Part shown: in pieces, positions 36,427-45,167 of the stretch
Position numbering within the stretch: the first letter of the stretch is position 1
Layout: each line of letters opens with the position of its first letter
Source: Dehalococcoidia bacterium
Lineage (GTDB): Bacteria > Chloroflexota > Dehalococcoidia > UBA6926
Reading direction: 5' to 3'
DNA length: 64,000 nt
NCBI GenBank assembly: GCA_965214725.1
Contig: OZ243973.1
Span: 1,799,705 to 1,863,704, forward strand
The notes under the pieces: generated by a model
What the model saw: only the letters and a program-made list of their open reading frames with translations
Database searches by the model: none
What the model was told of the DNA's origin: nothing
Translations under genes and position numbers: made by a program

Positions 36427-37029
36427 GTGGCACATGACGCGGCGCTAGGACAGGCTGAGGCCCATCACACGACGACGGGCCTTGACCATCGGAAGATCCT
36501 CATGTGGGTCTTCCTCGCATCAGACTGCCTCTTCTTTGGCGCCCTGATCTCCACGTATATGGTCTACCGGAGCAACGTGCCGGTTGGACCGGGGCCGGCG
36601 GACCTCTTTGACATTCCCTACACCTCCGTCAGCGCCTTCGTCCTCCTGATGAGCTCCCTGACAATGGTGCTCGCCCTGGCCGCTCTGCAGAGAGGCAACT
36701 CTCGGCAGGCGCGGTGGTGGCTGTTGGCGACGGCGCTCCAGGGCGCAGTCTTCCTCGGCGGTCAGTTCTATGAATTCAACCTCTTCGTTGATGAGGGCCT
36801 GACCATCACCACAAGCGTCTTTGGCACCAGTTTCTTTGTGCTGACCGGTTTCCACGGGACTCACGTGGCCATCGGCGTGTTCATGCTGCTCACGCTTGTG
36901 GGGGCGTCATATATGGGGCGTCTCAAGCCGAAGCATCATCTGACGGTAGAACTTGTGGGGCTGTACTGGCACTTCGTCGATATCGTCTGGATTGTCATCT
37001 TTACGGTGGTGTACCTCATCCCGTCATAG
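36427..37029 (+). CDS. coxC: Cytochrome c oxidase subunit III.
   Basis: FFVLTGFHGTHVAIGV is the subunit III signature. It has a GTG start. Confidence 0.85.
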   Translation: MAHDAALGQAEAHHTTTGLDHRKILMWVFLASDCLFFGALISTYMVYRSNVPVGPGPADLFDIPYTSVSAFVLLMSSLTMVLALAALQRGNSRQARWWLLATALQGAVFLGGQFYEFNLFVDEGLTITTSVFGTSFFVLTGFHGTHVAIGVFMLLTLVGASYMGRLKPKHHLTVELVGLYWHFVDIVWIVIFTVVYLIPS

Positions 37030-37060
37030 GGAGGATGAGGGCCAAAGCGAGGAACGCATC

Positions 37061-37372
37061 ATGGCGGCAACAGAACAACAAGCGCACACGGAGGATCATC
37101 CGACTCCCCGCACCTACGTGCAGATCGCGATCATCCTGACGATCATCACGATCATCGAGGTGGCCATCGTCATTGTTGATGTGCCGGCTGTGATTCTGGT
37201 CACGTCACTCCTGGGGCTGTCCGCCGTGAAATTTGCCTTTGTTGTTGGATGGTTCATGCATCTCAAATTTGACGCGAAGTTGTACCAAGCCCTTTTCCTT
37301 GGCGGGCTATTCCTAGCCATAGCAGTTCTCCTGGCGCTGGTCGCGCTCTTTGAGAACTTCACGCTTCCATGA
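37061..37372 (+). CDS. coxD: Cytochrome c oxidase subunit IV (bacterial caa3 small subunit).
   Basis: About 100 aa with 3 TM segments. VKFAFVVGWFMHLKFD is the CoxD-family motif. Confidence 0.7.
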   Translation: MAATEQQAHTEDHPTPRTYVQIAIILTIITIIEVAIVIVDVPAVILVTSLLGLSAVKFAFVVGWFMHLKFDAKLYQALFLGGLFLAIAVLLALVALFENFTLP

Positions 37373-37392
37373 GAGACGGCACACAAGACTGA

Positions 37393-37704
37393 GTGAAGGA
37401 CACAGACAAAGGCAAAGCAGGCATGGCTCACCACGACGACCATACACAAACGAACAACGTGATGGACCGGCTCATTGTGCCGATTCTCTTGCCGGTAGGC
37501 GCGCTTGTCGTCACCGTCGCGCTGATAATTGGCATTGGCCAACTCCTGTACGCCGTAATTCCGCACGACTATGTGACGCTGGCCGGTGAGAAGGTCTACT
37601 ATTCCGTGCCCGCCGCGCTTGGCCTCGCGCTCGCTTTCCTTATTCTGTTCACGATTCTCTCGTGGCTCTCGCCGGACGACGATAGCGGCGATTCCCACCA
37701 GTAG
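37393..37704 (+). CDS. Small two-TM membrane protein in the cox operon.
   Basis: An ORF with an RBS-like aaggacacagacaaaggcaaagcaggcATG context. It has a His-rich N-terminus and two hydrophobic helices. Confidence 0.5.
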   Translation: MKDTDKGKAGMAHHDDHTQTNNVMDRLIVPILLPVGALVVTVALIIGIGQLLYAVIPHDYVTLAGEKVYYSVPAALGLALAFLILFTILSWLSPDDDSGDSHQ

Positions 37705-37804
37705 CACGCTGCCGCCGGAGACGCGGCGTGCTCGTGTGTTGATTCCATTGATAGGCCCCCGCATGCCCATACCGGAAATGGGCGCCGACGCGTAGAGTTG
37801 TGGT

Positions 37805-38698
37805 ATGAATGATGCCGCCGATTACATCCTCGCCTGGTCATGGGAACCGCTCACGCTGTTCTTTGTCGCCCTGCTCGGGCTTGCCTATGTGCGAGGACTG
37901 CGCAGACTGAAGCCACTCAAGGTTCGTGTCGTCACCGGGTGGCGCGCCGCGTCCTTTGCCGGTGGACTGCTGATCTTGCTTCTTGCTCTTATATCACCGA
38001 TAGACACCTTGGGCGCTCGGCTCTTCGCATTTCACATGACGCAGCACATGCTCATTACGCACGTTGCCGTCCCCCTCATCCTGCTCGGCGCGCCGGTGCT
38101 GCCGATAGCGCGCGGAATGGGGTATGGCATCCGGCGCCTCACCGTCGTCAAGTTTGGGCGCTCTCAGTTCGCACGCCACATCTTTCATATCCTCATCCAC
38201 CCACTCTTCAGCCTGGCCGCGTTTGTGGGGACCATTTGGGCGTGGCACGTGCCGGCGGCCTACACCTCCGCTGTCACGAATGATGTGTGGCACATCGCCC
38301 AGCACACCAGCTTCATCATCGCCGCCACGATATTTTGGTGGTCAATCATTGACCCCACCCCCATACAGGGCAGGGTTCCGTACCTCGGCAGGCTTGTCGT
38401 CGTTGTCATGGCGCTGTCGCTGACGTTCCCGCTCGCCGCGATGCTGACATTTGCGGCAGTCCCCTGGTATGAGCCATACATCGGACAAGAACAACTATGG
38501 GGCCTTGATCCGAAGACGGATCAGCAGATTGGCGGCCTCATTATGTGGGTTGGCGGCATCGCGCCCTATTTCCTGGCGATTGCCGGGCTCTTTATTGTTG
38601 CCGTACGCCGTGATGAAGAGGATACACTGAAGTCTCGCGCGAGATTGCAGGGCAGGATGGCAGAGCACGCGCCACAGGAATCAGTGACCACTCCATGA
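37805..38698 (+). CDS. ctaG: Cytochrome c oxidase assembly factor (CtaG/Caa3-type).
   Basis: A polytopic membrane protein located between coxD and ctaA-ctaB. The FHMTQHML and WHVPAAY motifs are typical of the Caa3_CtaG family. Confidence 0.6.
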   Translation: MNDAADYILAWSWEPLTLFFVALLGLAYVRGLRRLKPLKVRVVTGWRAASFAGGLLILLLALISPIDTLGARLFAFHMTQHMLITHVAVPLILLGAPVLPIARGMGYGIRRLTVVKFGRSQFARHIFHILIHPLFSLAAFVGTIWAWHVPAAYTSAVTNDVWHIAQHTSFIIAATIFWWSIIDPTPIQGRVPYLGRLVVVVMALSLTFPLAAMLTFAAVPWYEPYIGQEQLWGLDPKTDQQIGGLIMWVGGIAPYFLAIAGLFIVAVRRDEEDTLKSRARLQGRMAEHAPQESVTTP

Positions 38699-40599
38699 AT
38701 AACACATCGAGCCAGGACGTCCGGTACGGCAAGACACTGCTGTCGCTTGCGCTCGCGGCGGCAATTGCAACCGTCTTCCTCATCAGTTTGGGGAGTTTTG
38801 TGCGCGTCACGGGTTCCGGCCTCGCCTGCCCGGACTGGCCCCTCTGCCATGGCAGCATCATTCCGCCATTTGAGTACCACGTCCTCATCGAGTACTCCCA
38901 CAGACTCACCGCTGCGATTGTCGGGCTGATTGTGGCGGCAATGTTCGTTGTGGTGTTTCTCGCTCGGCGTGCCGATGAATACCCGACACGGCGGGCGTTT
39001 CTACCTGCCGCCGCGACCCTCGTGGTCATGCTCACGCAGGCAGGACTGGGCGGGGTTGCTGTCCTCACAGAACTCCCCCCGCCTGTTGTGACCCTCCATC
39101 TCTTTCTTGCGGAGGCGATCCTCGCGCTGCTCATCGTGACGATGATGGCGGCCGTGCCCCAAGCAAGACCGTCACCGGACGGAGGAGGCCTGACATTGGG
39201 TGATGCCCGCCGGCTCTCCGTGTGGGCCACCATCGCCGCCGTGTCGATTCTGGTGATGATTCTGTCCGGCTCCTACGTTGTGGCCGAGGAGGCGACACTT
39301 TCCTGCGGCAGCGGATTCTCCGCCTGGCCTCTCTGTGACGGCGACATCATGCCGAGTGGATTTGATCCAAATATCCATATGGGACACCGGTACATGGTTC
39401 TTCTTGGAACCCTGACCACCGGCTATGCGGCATTCCTCTCGTGGCGGCAAAAGGGGCGCAACCGAATGATCAGCCGAGTGGGGCAGGCGACGCTGCACCT
39501 GCTTGCCGTGCAGATCATCATTGGCGCGCTGGTTCCGTGGACGGAGTTTCACCATGCGACGCGTGTGGCGCACATCACACTCGCCTCGTTGACGTGGGCC
39601 GCCGCAGTCCTGCTCGTCATCCTTGCTGTTCGAGCACGCCGTGAGGCCACTGAGGGCGAGACGGCGCGCGGCCCGGAGCCGCAGATACCGACCGCGCCCG
39701 CCGGTGGATCAGGCATCGCGCCACCCGCCACCCTCAAAGGGACAGCATCAGATTTCTTCTGGTTGACCAAGCCTCGCGTCATGGTTCTCCTGCTCCTGAC
39801 AGCGCTGGGCGGCATGGTGCTCGCCGCGCAGGGCCTCCCATCGATGATCGTCGCGGTGGCCGTCCTCCTCGGCGGCGCGTTGGCGTCAGGTGGAGCCGGC
39901 GCAATCAATCACGGCCTTGAGGGTCGGATCGATTCCGCAATGCTGCGGACGCGGCACCGGCCGGTCGCCAGCGGGCGAGTCAGCCCACGGACAGCAATCA
40001 CATACGGCATCGTTCTCAACGTGCTCGCATTTGCCGTGCTAACGGGTGGGGCGAACGTGCTCGCCGCATCAATCACGCTGGCCGGGTCACTGTTCTACGT
40101 CTTCGTGTACACCATGTGGCTGAAACAGACGACGGTCCAAAATATCGTCATTGGCGGCGCGGCGGGCGCGGTGCCGCCGCTTGTCGGGTGGGCGGGCGTG
40201 ACGGGTGAGCTGGGCTTGCCCGCGTTCTACCTGTTCCTGATCATCTTCTTCTGGACGCCACCCCATTTCTGGGCGCTCGCGTTGATGATCAAGGACGATT
40301 ATGAGCGCGCCAGCGTGCCGATGATGCCGGTTGTCCTCGGTGAGGAAAGCACGCGAACCAGCATCTTCCTGTATACGATCCTGCTGAACATCCTCGCCGT
40401 GCTGCTGTATATTTCTACACCGCAGCTGACTGCGGTGTATGTGGCGGGCGCAGTGGCGCTTGGGGGACTCTTTACGTATTACGCGTACCGCCTGCTGCAG
40501 GAGAAGGACCGCGCGGCAGCCCTGAGGCTCTACAAGTTCTCGCTGTTGTACCTGTCGCTGCTATTCTTGGTCATCATGATCGATCAGGTGATGGTGTAG
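38695..40599 (+). CDS. ctaAB: Heme A synthase (CtaA/COX15) fused to protoheme IX farnesyltransferase (CtaB, UbiA family).
   Basis: The N-terminal half carries CPDWPLCHG plus a second His-rich TM pair. The C-terminal half has FWLTKPRVM...NHGLEGRIDSAMLRTRHRPVASG plus UbiA-type TM helices. Its start overlaps the ctaG stop. Confidence 0.85.
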   Translation: MNNTSSQDVRYGKTLLSLALAAAIATVFLISLGSFVRVTGSGLACPDWPLCHGSIIPPFEYHVLIEYSHRLTAAIVGLIVAAMFVVVFLARRADEYPTRRAFLPAAATLVVMLTQAGLGGVAVLTELPPPVVTLHLFLAEAILALLIVTMMAAVPQARPSPDGGGLTLGDARRLSVWATIAAVSILVMILSGSYVVAEEATLSCGSGFSAWPLCDGDIMPSGFDPNIHMGHRYMVLLGTLTTGYAAFLSWRQKGRNRMISRVGQATLHLLAVQIIIGALVPWTEFHHATRVAHITLASLTWAAAVLLVILAVRARREATEGETARGPEPQIPTAPAGGSGIAPPATLKGTASDFFWLTKPRVMVLLLLTALGGMVLAAQGLPSMIVAVAVLLGGALASGGAGAINHGLEGRIDSAMLRTRHRPVASGRVSPRTAITYGIVLNVLAFAVLTGGANVLAASITLAGSLFYVFVYTMWLKQTTVQNIVIGGAAGAVPPLVGWAGVTGELGLPAFYLFLIIFFWTPPHFWALALMIKDDYERASVPMMPVVLGEESTRTSIFLYTILLNILAVLLYISTPQLTAVYVAGAVALGGLFTYYAYRLLQEKDRAAALRLYKFSLLYLSLLFLVIMIDQVMV

Positions 40600-40799
40600 C
40601 GGGACGGTCATTCCCGGTCCGTGTCGTTCTCACTGCTCGTTGACTCTTTCAGCGCGTCGATCTGGGATGTAATATCGGCCTGCCGGCGCGCCAGGAAATA
40701 CAGGTACGCAAAGAAGGCGACCCATACGATTGCGTATGCCGCAAAGACAAAGACCGGACTGAAATCCCCGAAGTCGTTCTCCACTGTCGCTTTGCCCCC

Positions 40800-41501
40800 C
40801 TAAGAACTCTCATGCGCGGCGCGCAGCTCGTCCAGTTCACGCTGTGATGTCTCCACAGTGACGCGGAAAGACATCAGGTACGCGTACAGAAGCGTGAACG
40901 CCAACATTCCGAATAAGAACGGCAACAAGATTGATTCCTCCGGCCTGTCTGTGGAGGACTGCAGCGTCGGCACAGGATGGAGGACGTTGGTCCAGAGCCA
41001 GATGGAGAAATAGGAGAGCGGCACACTGATGACCCCCAAGATGCCGATAACGGCCGCAGAACGGGATGTGCCTGGGCCGCGGTCACTGAGCGAGCGGAAC
41101 ATCAGGTACGCCACATAGACCAGCCACATGACGAGCGATGTCACCAGGCGCGCGTCCGACCAATCCCACCACGCCCCCCATACCGGCCGGCCCCATATTG
41201 AACCGGTCACCAACATGAGCGTGGTGAAGAGAACGCCCAACTCGGCTGACGCGAGGGCGATACGGTCCCACCGCTCCGTCCGTTTCAGCACGTACATGAC
41301 GCTGGCAAAGGCGACGACACCGAATGCGATGTAGCCGACCAACGCTGTCGGCACGTGAATATAGAAGATCTTCTGATGGATGCCCTGGACGCGCTCAATC
41401 GGCGATTCGACCAACGCAAGGTACAGAGCGACAAGCATAACCGCGAAAGCGGCAATGCCAAGAGCATCTGTGATTGTGAATCGTCGACCGGTGAAACTCA
41501 C
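40800..41501 (-). CDS. ccmC: Heme exporter protein C.
   Basis: WGRPVWGAWWDWSDARL is the WWD domain. Confidence 0.88.
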   Translation of the reverse strand: MSFTGRRFTITDALGIAAFAVMLVALYLALVESPIERVQGIHQKIFYIHVPTALVGYIAFGVVAFASVMYVLKRTERWDRIALASAELGVLFTTLMLVTGSIWGRPVWGAWWDWSDARLVTSLVMWLVYVAYLMFRSLSDRGPGTSRSAAVIGILGVISVPLSYFSIWLWTNVLHPVPTLQSSTDRPEESILLPFLFGMLAFTLLYAYLMSFRVTVETSQRELDELRAAHESS

Positions 41502-42211
41502 TTTTCAACCGTAACATAGAAGAGGAACGAGGACACGCTCAAGAAGATGAGGTCATATGCTGCCAGGATGGCCAGCCACGGCTGCATCTCGTCCCATCCC
41601 CTGCCGTCGATAGCGAGGCCGGTGGCGCGCACCGCGCCAATGATGACTGGCGCTAGCAGCGGCAAGAGCATGATGGGCAGCAGCGCCTCTTTGGATCGCG
41701 CCCGTGTCGCGATGGCGGACAGAATTGTTCCTACGCTCGCAATGCCGATGTTTCCCAAGAGCAGCGTCAGGAGCAGGGCAGGCTCGAACAGTTGGAGGTT
41801 GAACAGGGCGGACGATAACGGCACAATCACCGCCTCCAACACGATGAGCAGGATGACGTTGGCCGTTACCTTGGCCAAGTAGAGCGCCCCCGGGTCGATT
41901 GGGCTCGCAAGCAGGCCGTCCAGTGAGCCGCGCTCAACCTCCCGTGAAAAGGAGCGCCCCAATGCGAGCAGGCTGGCAAAGATGATGGCCACCCATAAGA
42001 CGCCGGGCGCAACAAGGCTCAGCGTGCCGCCCCGCAGATCAAACGAGAATTGAAAGGCGATGAGCGCAGCCGCTGCAAAGACTGCCATGGGGACGGCCGT
42101 CTCTCGAGAACGAATCTCAACGGCAATCTCCTTGTGAACAAGCACCCGGAACTGAGACAACCAGGATGGTGGCCGGTTTGGGGTGAGAGTTCTGTGTGGA
42201 GGGGACTGCAT
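41498..42211 (-). CDS. ccmB: Heme exporter permease.
   Basis: A 6-TM ABC permease between ccmA and ccmC. I prefer the internal Met start, which gives a 1-nt overlap with the ccmA stop. Confidence 0.75.
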   Translation of the reverse strand: MQSPPHRTLTPNRPPSWLSQFRVLVHKEIAVEIRSRETAVPMAVFAAAALIAFQFSFDLRGGTLSLVAPGVLWVAIIFASLLALGRSFSREVERGSLDGLLASPIDPGALYLAKVTANVILLIVLEAVIVPLSSALFNLQLFEPALLLTLLLGNIGIASVGTILSAIATRARSKEALLPIMLLPLLAPVIIGAVRATGLAIDGRGWDEMQPWLAILAAYDLIFLSVSSFLFYVTVEK

Positions 42212-42212
42212 G

Positions 42213-42968
42213 TTATCGGCCCTCTCCCACCCTATGGCCAAGATGGGCCGCCACCAGGGCGCGCCGCTGCGCCTCATCTATGACCGCGTCAGTGACAGTG
42301 GCGGAGTCATGGATGATCGTCCCATTTCGCAGCACAAGATCGCGCGTTGTCAGCGCAACTCCCAGCTCAATGTTGTGCGTTGCCAGAATGACGGTCACCC
42401 CTGCGCCTTGCCGCGTGATGTGAGCGGCGAGCATATCCCGGGATGTGGCATCGAGGCCGGTTTCCGGCTCGTCAAGCAGGAGCATGGCTGGATCATGAAT
42501 CAGCGCACGAATCAGTGACACGCGCTGAGTCATTCCACGCGAAAGCGTTCGCACCGGGTCGGCGCGCCGGCCGGTCAGGCCAAATTCGGCGATCAACGCA
42601 TCCGCTCGCGCCGGTGCGTCCGGAACGCCGTAGAGCCTGCCAAAGAGGGTGAGATTCTCGCGCGCGGACAGCTCCTCATAGAGATGGCTCTGATGGTCGA
42701 GCGTGCCGATCTGCGCCCGCGCAAGGGCGCCCGCGCGCCCCCACGGCTGCCCGCCAAAGACTCGGATATCTCCGCCGCTTGGCCGCAAGAGACCGGACAT
42801 GAGCTGCAGGAGCGTCGACTTTCCGGCCCCATTGTCACCAAAGAGAGCGACGCGCTCCCCAACGCCAATCATCACGTCCATGTTGCGGATGGCCGGACGT
42901 TGTCCATAGGACTTTTCGAGGCCGGACGTATGGACGGCAGCACGCGGGAGAGCGGGGGCGGAGGTCAT
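42213..42968 (-). CDS. ccmA: Heme exporter ATP-binding protein.
   Basis: Walker A is GDNGAGKST. The ABC signature is LSRGMTQR and Walker B is LLLDEP. Confidence 0.88.
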   Translation of the reverse strand: MTSAPALPRAAVHTSGLEKSYGQRPAIRNMDVMIGVGERVALFGDNGAGKSTLLQLMSGLLRPSGGDIRVFGGQPWGRAGALARAQIGTLDHQSHLYEELSARENLTLFGRLYGVPDAPARADALIAEFGLTGRRADPVRTLSRGMTQRVSLIRALIHDPAMLLLDEPETGLDATSRDMLAAHITRQGAGVTVILATHNIELGVALTTRDLVLRNGTIIHDSATVTDAVIDEAQRRALVAAHLGHRVGEGR

Positions 42969-44209
42969 TGATTGCGCTCCCTGTCGAGCATGCGCCGCAG
43001 GTGGTCGCGGTGCTGAGCGGAGGCCCGCTCATATTCCTCCTCGCTGAGATTGCCAGCGTCGCGCTCATCCTCCAGGCGCGCAAGCTCGGAAATGGCCGCA
43101 TCCATGTCAGCCTGCCCGGGTTCTTCGTTGTCCGTCTCAGATAAGGCCTGCCTCCTCCGATTCCTGAGGCGGCTCCACCAGAGAGCAAAGCCGGCTACGA
43201 TGATGAGCGCAGCGGCCACCACCCCAAGCGCGGCGTTCTGAAGCGTCCGTTCAAGACTGCGGCTCCGTGAGCCGGCGCTTGGCGGCAAGTCCGCAATGAC
43301 ACCGGTGACAGTTTCTCCGGCGAGGACTGGTCGCATCTCAAAGCGAGCATAGTCGACGCCGGACACCTCTGAGTCACCCATGAGCAGCCACTCGGAGCCG
43401 GGCCGGAAAGAGAGATCTTTGGGAATCAACAGCCGCGCCAGCTCTGTCGGATAGCGATAGGTCTTGCTCCAAGCGAACACATCCGTTGTGTAGAGCACGC
43501 CATAGGTCACGATCTGCTCAAAGTCGCCTGGCATAACCGGCACAATGGAATAGACCTCGCGGCTGTCCGGGGCCAACACGAGGCTGCCCGGGCTGTGGAC
43601 AGACTCAAGGTCAAAGGCCATGGCCGGCAAGGGCAGCTGAAGAGTGAGGCGTGTGTTGAACGGATCATTGCCGACGAATGCGTGATCGCTGGTATTCTCA
43701 AACGTCGTCACTTGAAGAACACGCAGGACACCTGAATCATCATCCGGAGGTGTAATGGCGGAGCTATCGCCGATGATGCGGATTACAGATGGGTCGGGTG
43801 TCATCTCGAAGACCGTGAGTTCAAGGGGGCCGTCACGCTCAATGCTTGACATGTAGACGTCACTGAAAAAGCGGATGCCGTTGTAGTCTGCGGATATGGT
43901 GTACGTCACCGCTCTGTCCGCGATGACGTCACCAAACACGGCCACCCCGTCCGCCTCCGTTTCAGCCTCGAGTCGTTGCAGTTCAGTGTCCTCGTCCTCA
44001 AGAGCGAACACCTGCAGCGTGACAATCAGCCCCTCCGGCACCGTTACGCCCTCTGTGCCGTTTCTGACGACGGCCTCAAGCGCCACGAGGCTTTCACCAT
44101 CAGTCGAGGTTGGCGCACCCTCCTGCGCCAGGGCGGAATGGGTGTGCGGCACGGCAAGCGACATGGCCAGAACAAATCCGAGCAGCGCGACCGAGGCAAG
44201 GGATTTCAT
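42965..44209 (-). CDS. Secreted/membrane-anchored 414-aa protein with a C-terminal cytoplasmic SHOCT-like helix, inside the ccm operon.
   Basis: It has a signal peptide (MKSLASVALLGFVLAMSLAVP), a large extracytoplasmic domain, a TM segment (AALGVVAAALIIVAGFALWW) and a tail ISELARLEDERDAGNLSEEEYERASAQ. Confidence 0.6.
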   Translation of the reverse strand: MKSLASVALLGFVLAMSLAVPHTHSALAQEGAPTSTDGESLVALEAVVRNGTEGVTVPEGLIVTLQVFALEDEDTELQRLEAETEADGVAVFGDVIADRAVTYTISADYNGIRFFSDVYMSSIERDGPLELTVFEMTPDPSVIRIIGDSSAITPPDDDSGVLRVLQVTTFENTSDHAFVGNDPFNTRLTLQLPLPAMAFDLESVHSPGSLVLAPDSREVYSIVPVMPGDFEQIVTYGVLYTTDVFAWSKTYRYPTELARLLIPKDLSFRPGSEWLLMGDSEVSGVDYARFEMRPVLAGETVTGVIADLPPSAGSRSRSLERTLQNAALGVVAAALIIVAGFALWWSRLRNRRRQALSETDNEEPGQADMDAAISELARLEDERDAGNLSEEEYERASAQHRDHLRRMLDRERNQ

Positions 44210-44574
44210 GGCTCGTCCTCCTGCTCCGGCTGTTGCGGCTGTCGGCGCAGCCTGACTGCCCGTTCAATTTCCTCGTCGAGAACGTGCTCGCGGCCGTCAA
44301 TCTCGCGGATGAGGGACGCGGCGCGGCGTACCAGAGGCACACGCATGGCGCGGTGTTCAGCGGGTAAGATGTTGCCGCGTTCCAGGTCATCATCCAGGTC
44401 CATGATTGCAGTGAGGACCTCATTGCGCGCCTCCCGCAACAGTCCGAGGTCGGAGAGGGCATTCTCCCGGCCGGTCGCGTTATCGGCGTTGCGCGTTCGA
44501 ATCAGCGGGAGCGCGATTCCCATGACGGTCACGATGACGGCCACCAGTGTCAATGCAATTGGTACGAGGTCCAC
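44206..44574 (-). CDS. Small single-TM protein with a SHOCT-like tail, in the ccm operon.
   Basis: It has a TM segment (LVPIALTLVAVIVTVMGIAL) followed by ...LTAIMDLDDDLERGNILPAEHRAMR. Confidence 0.5.
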   Translation of the reverse strand: MDLVPIALTLVAVIVTVMGIALPLIRTRNADNATGRENALSDLGLLREARNEVLTAIMDLDDDLERGNILPAEHRAMRVPLVRRAASLIREIDGREHVLDEEIERAVRLRRQPQQPEQEDEP

Positions 44575-44581
44575 CCGCGCC

Positions 44582-45139
44582 TCAATTCCTGTGGTCCGTC
44601 ATGCGTCCGATTTCCCGCGTGACGATGTCGTCATCCTCTGCCAGTGAGGGGGTGGCGGGGCGAGGAGGCGGGGCCTCAGTGCGCCGACGTCGGCCGCCGC
44701 GCAGGCCAATGACAATGATGGCGATTCCGAATACGGCGATGATGGGCGGGGCCAGCCACACCCCCCATCCGATTCCCTCAGGGCGCGGCTCCCTCAAGAC
44801 GGCAGGACCATAGCGGTCCACAAAGAAGTCAAGGATCTCATCCTCGCTCGCGCCATCGTCAACAAGCTGCTGAACGCGAGCGCGCATTTGGCGGGCTATT
44901 GTGGCGTTGGATTCTGTGATTGGCTGTCCATCACATACGGGGCACTGAAGCTTGTGTGCAATGGCTCGCGCCTGCGGCGAGAGTGCCAGCATTTCAAGTT
45001 CCTGCCGTGAGAACTCATCCGCATCCGTTGTTTGTGCAAGCGCCGGTGTCATGCTCGAGACGGTGATCCACAGTGCCAATAGCAGCGCGAGGGTGGCCGC
45101 TGCGCGCGGCAATGTTCTCTGATAAAGCAATTGCGCCAT
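44582..45139 (-). CDS. ccmH: Cytochrome c-type biogenesis protein CcmH/CycL.
   Basis: LQCPVCDGQPITESNATIARQMRARVQQLVDDGASEDEILDFFVDRYGPAVLREP matches the CcmH LRCPVC...RYG..VL motif. It has a signal peptide and a C-terminal TM segment. Confidence 0.85.
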   Translation of the reverse strand: MAQLLYQRTLPRAAATLALLLALWITVSSMTPALAQTTDADEFSRQELEMLALSPQARAIAHKLQCPVCDGQPITESNATIARQMRARVQQLVDDGASEDEILDFFVDRYGPAVLREPRPEGIGWGVWLAPPIIAVFGIAIIVIGLRGGRRRRTEAPPPRPATPSLAEDDDIVTREIGRMTDHRN

Positions 45140-45167
45140 GGGGAGAATCTCGTGCCGCCTTTTCTGC

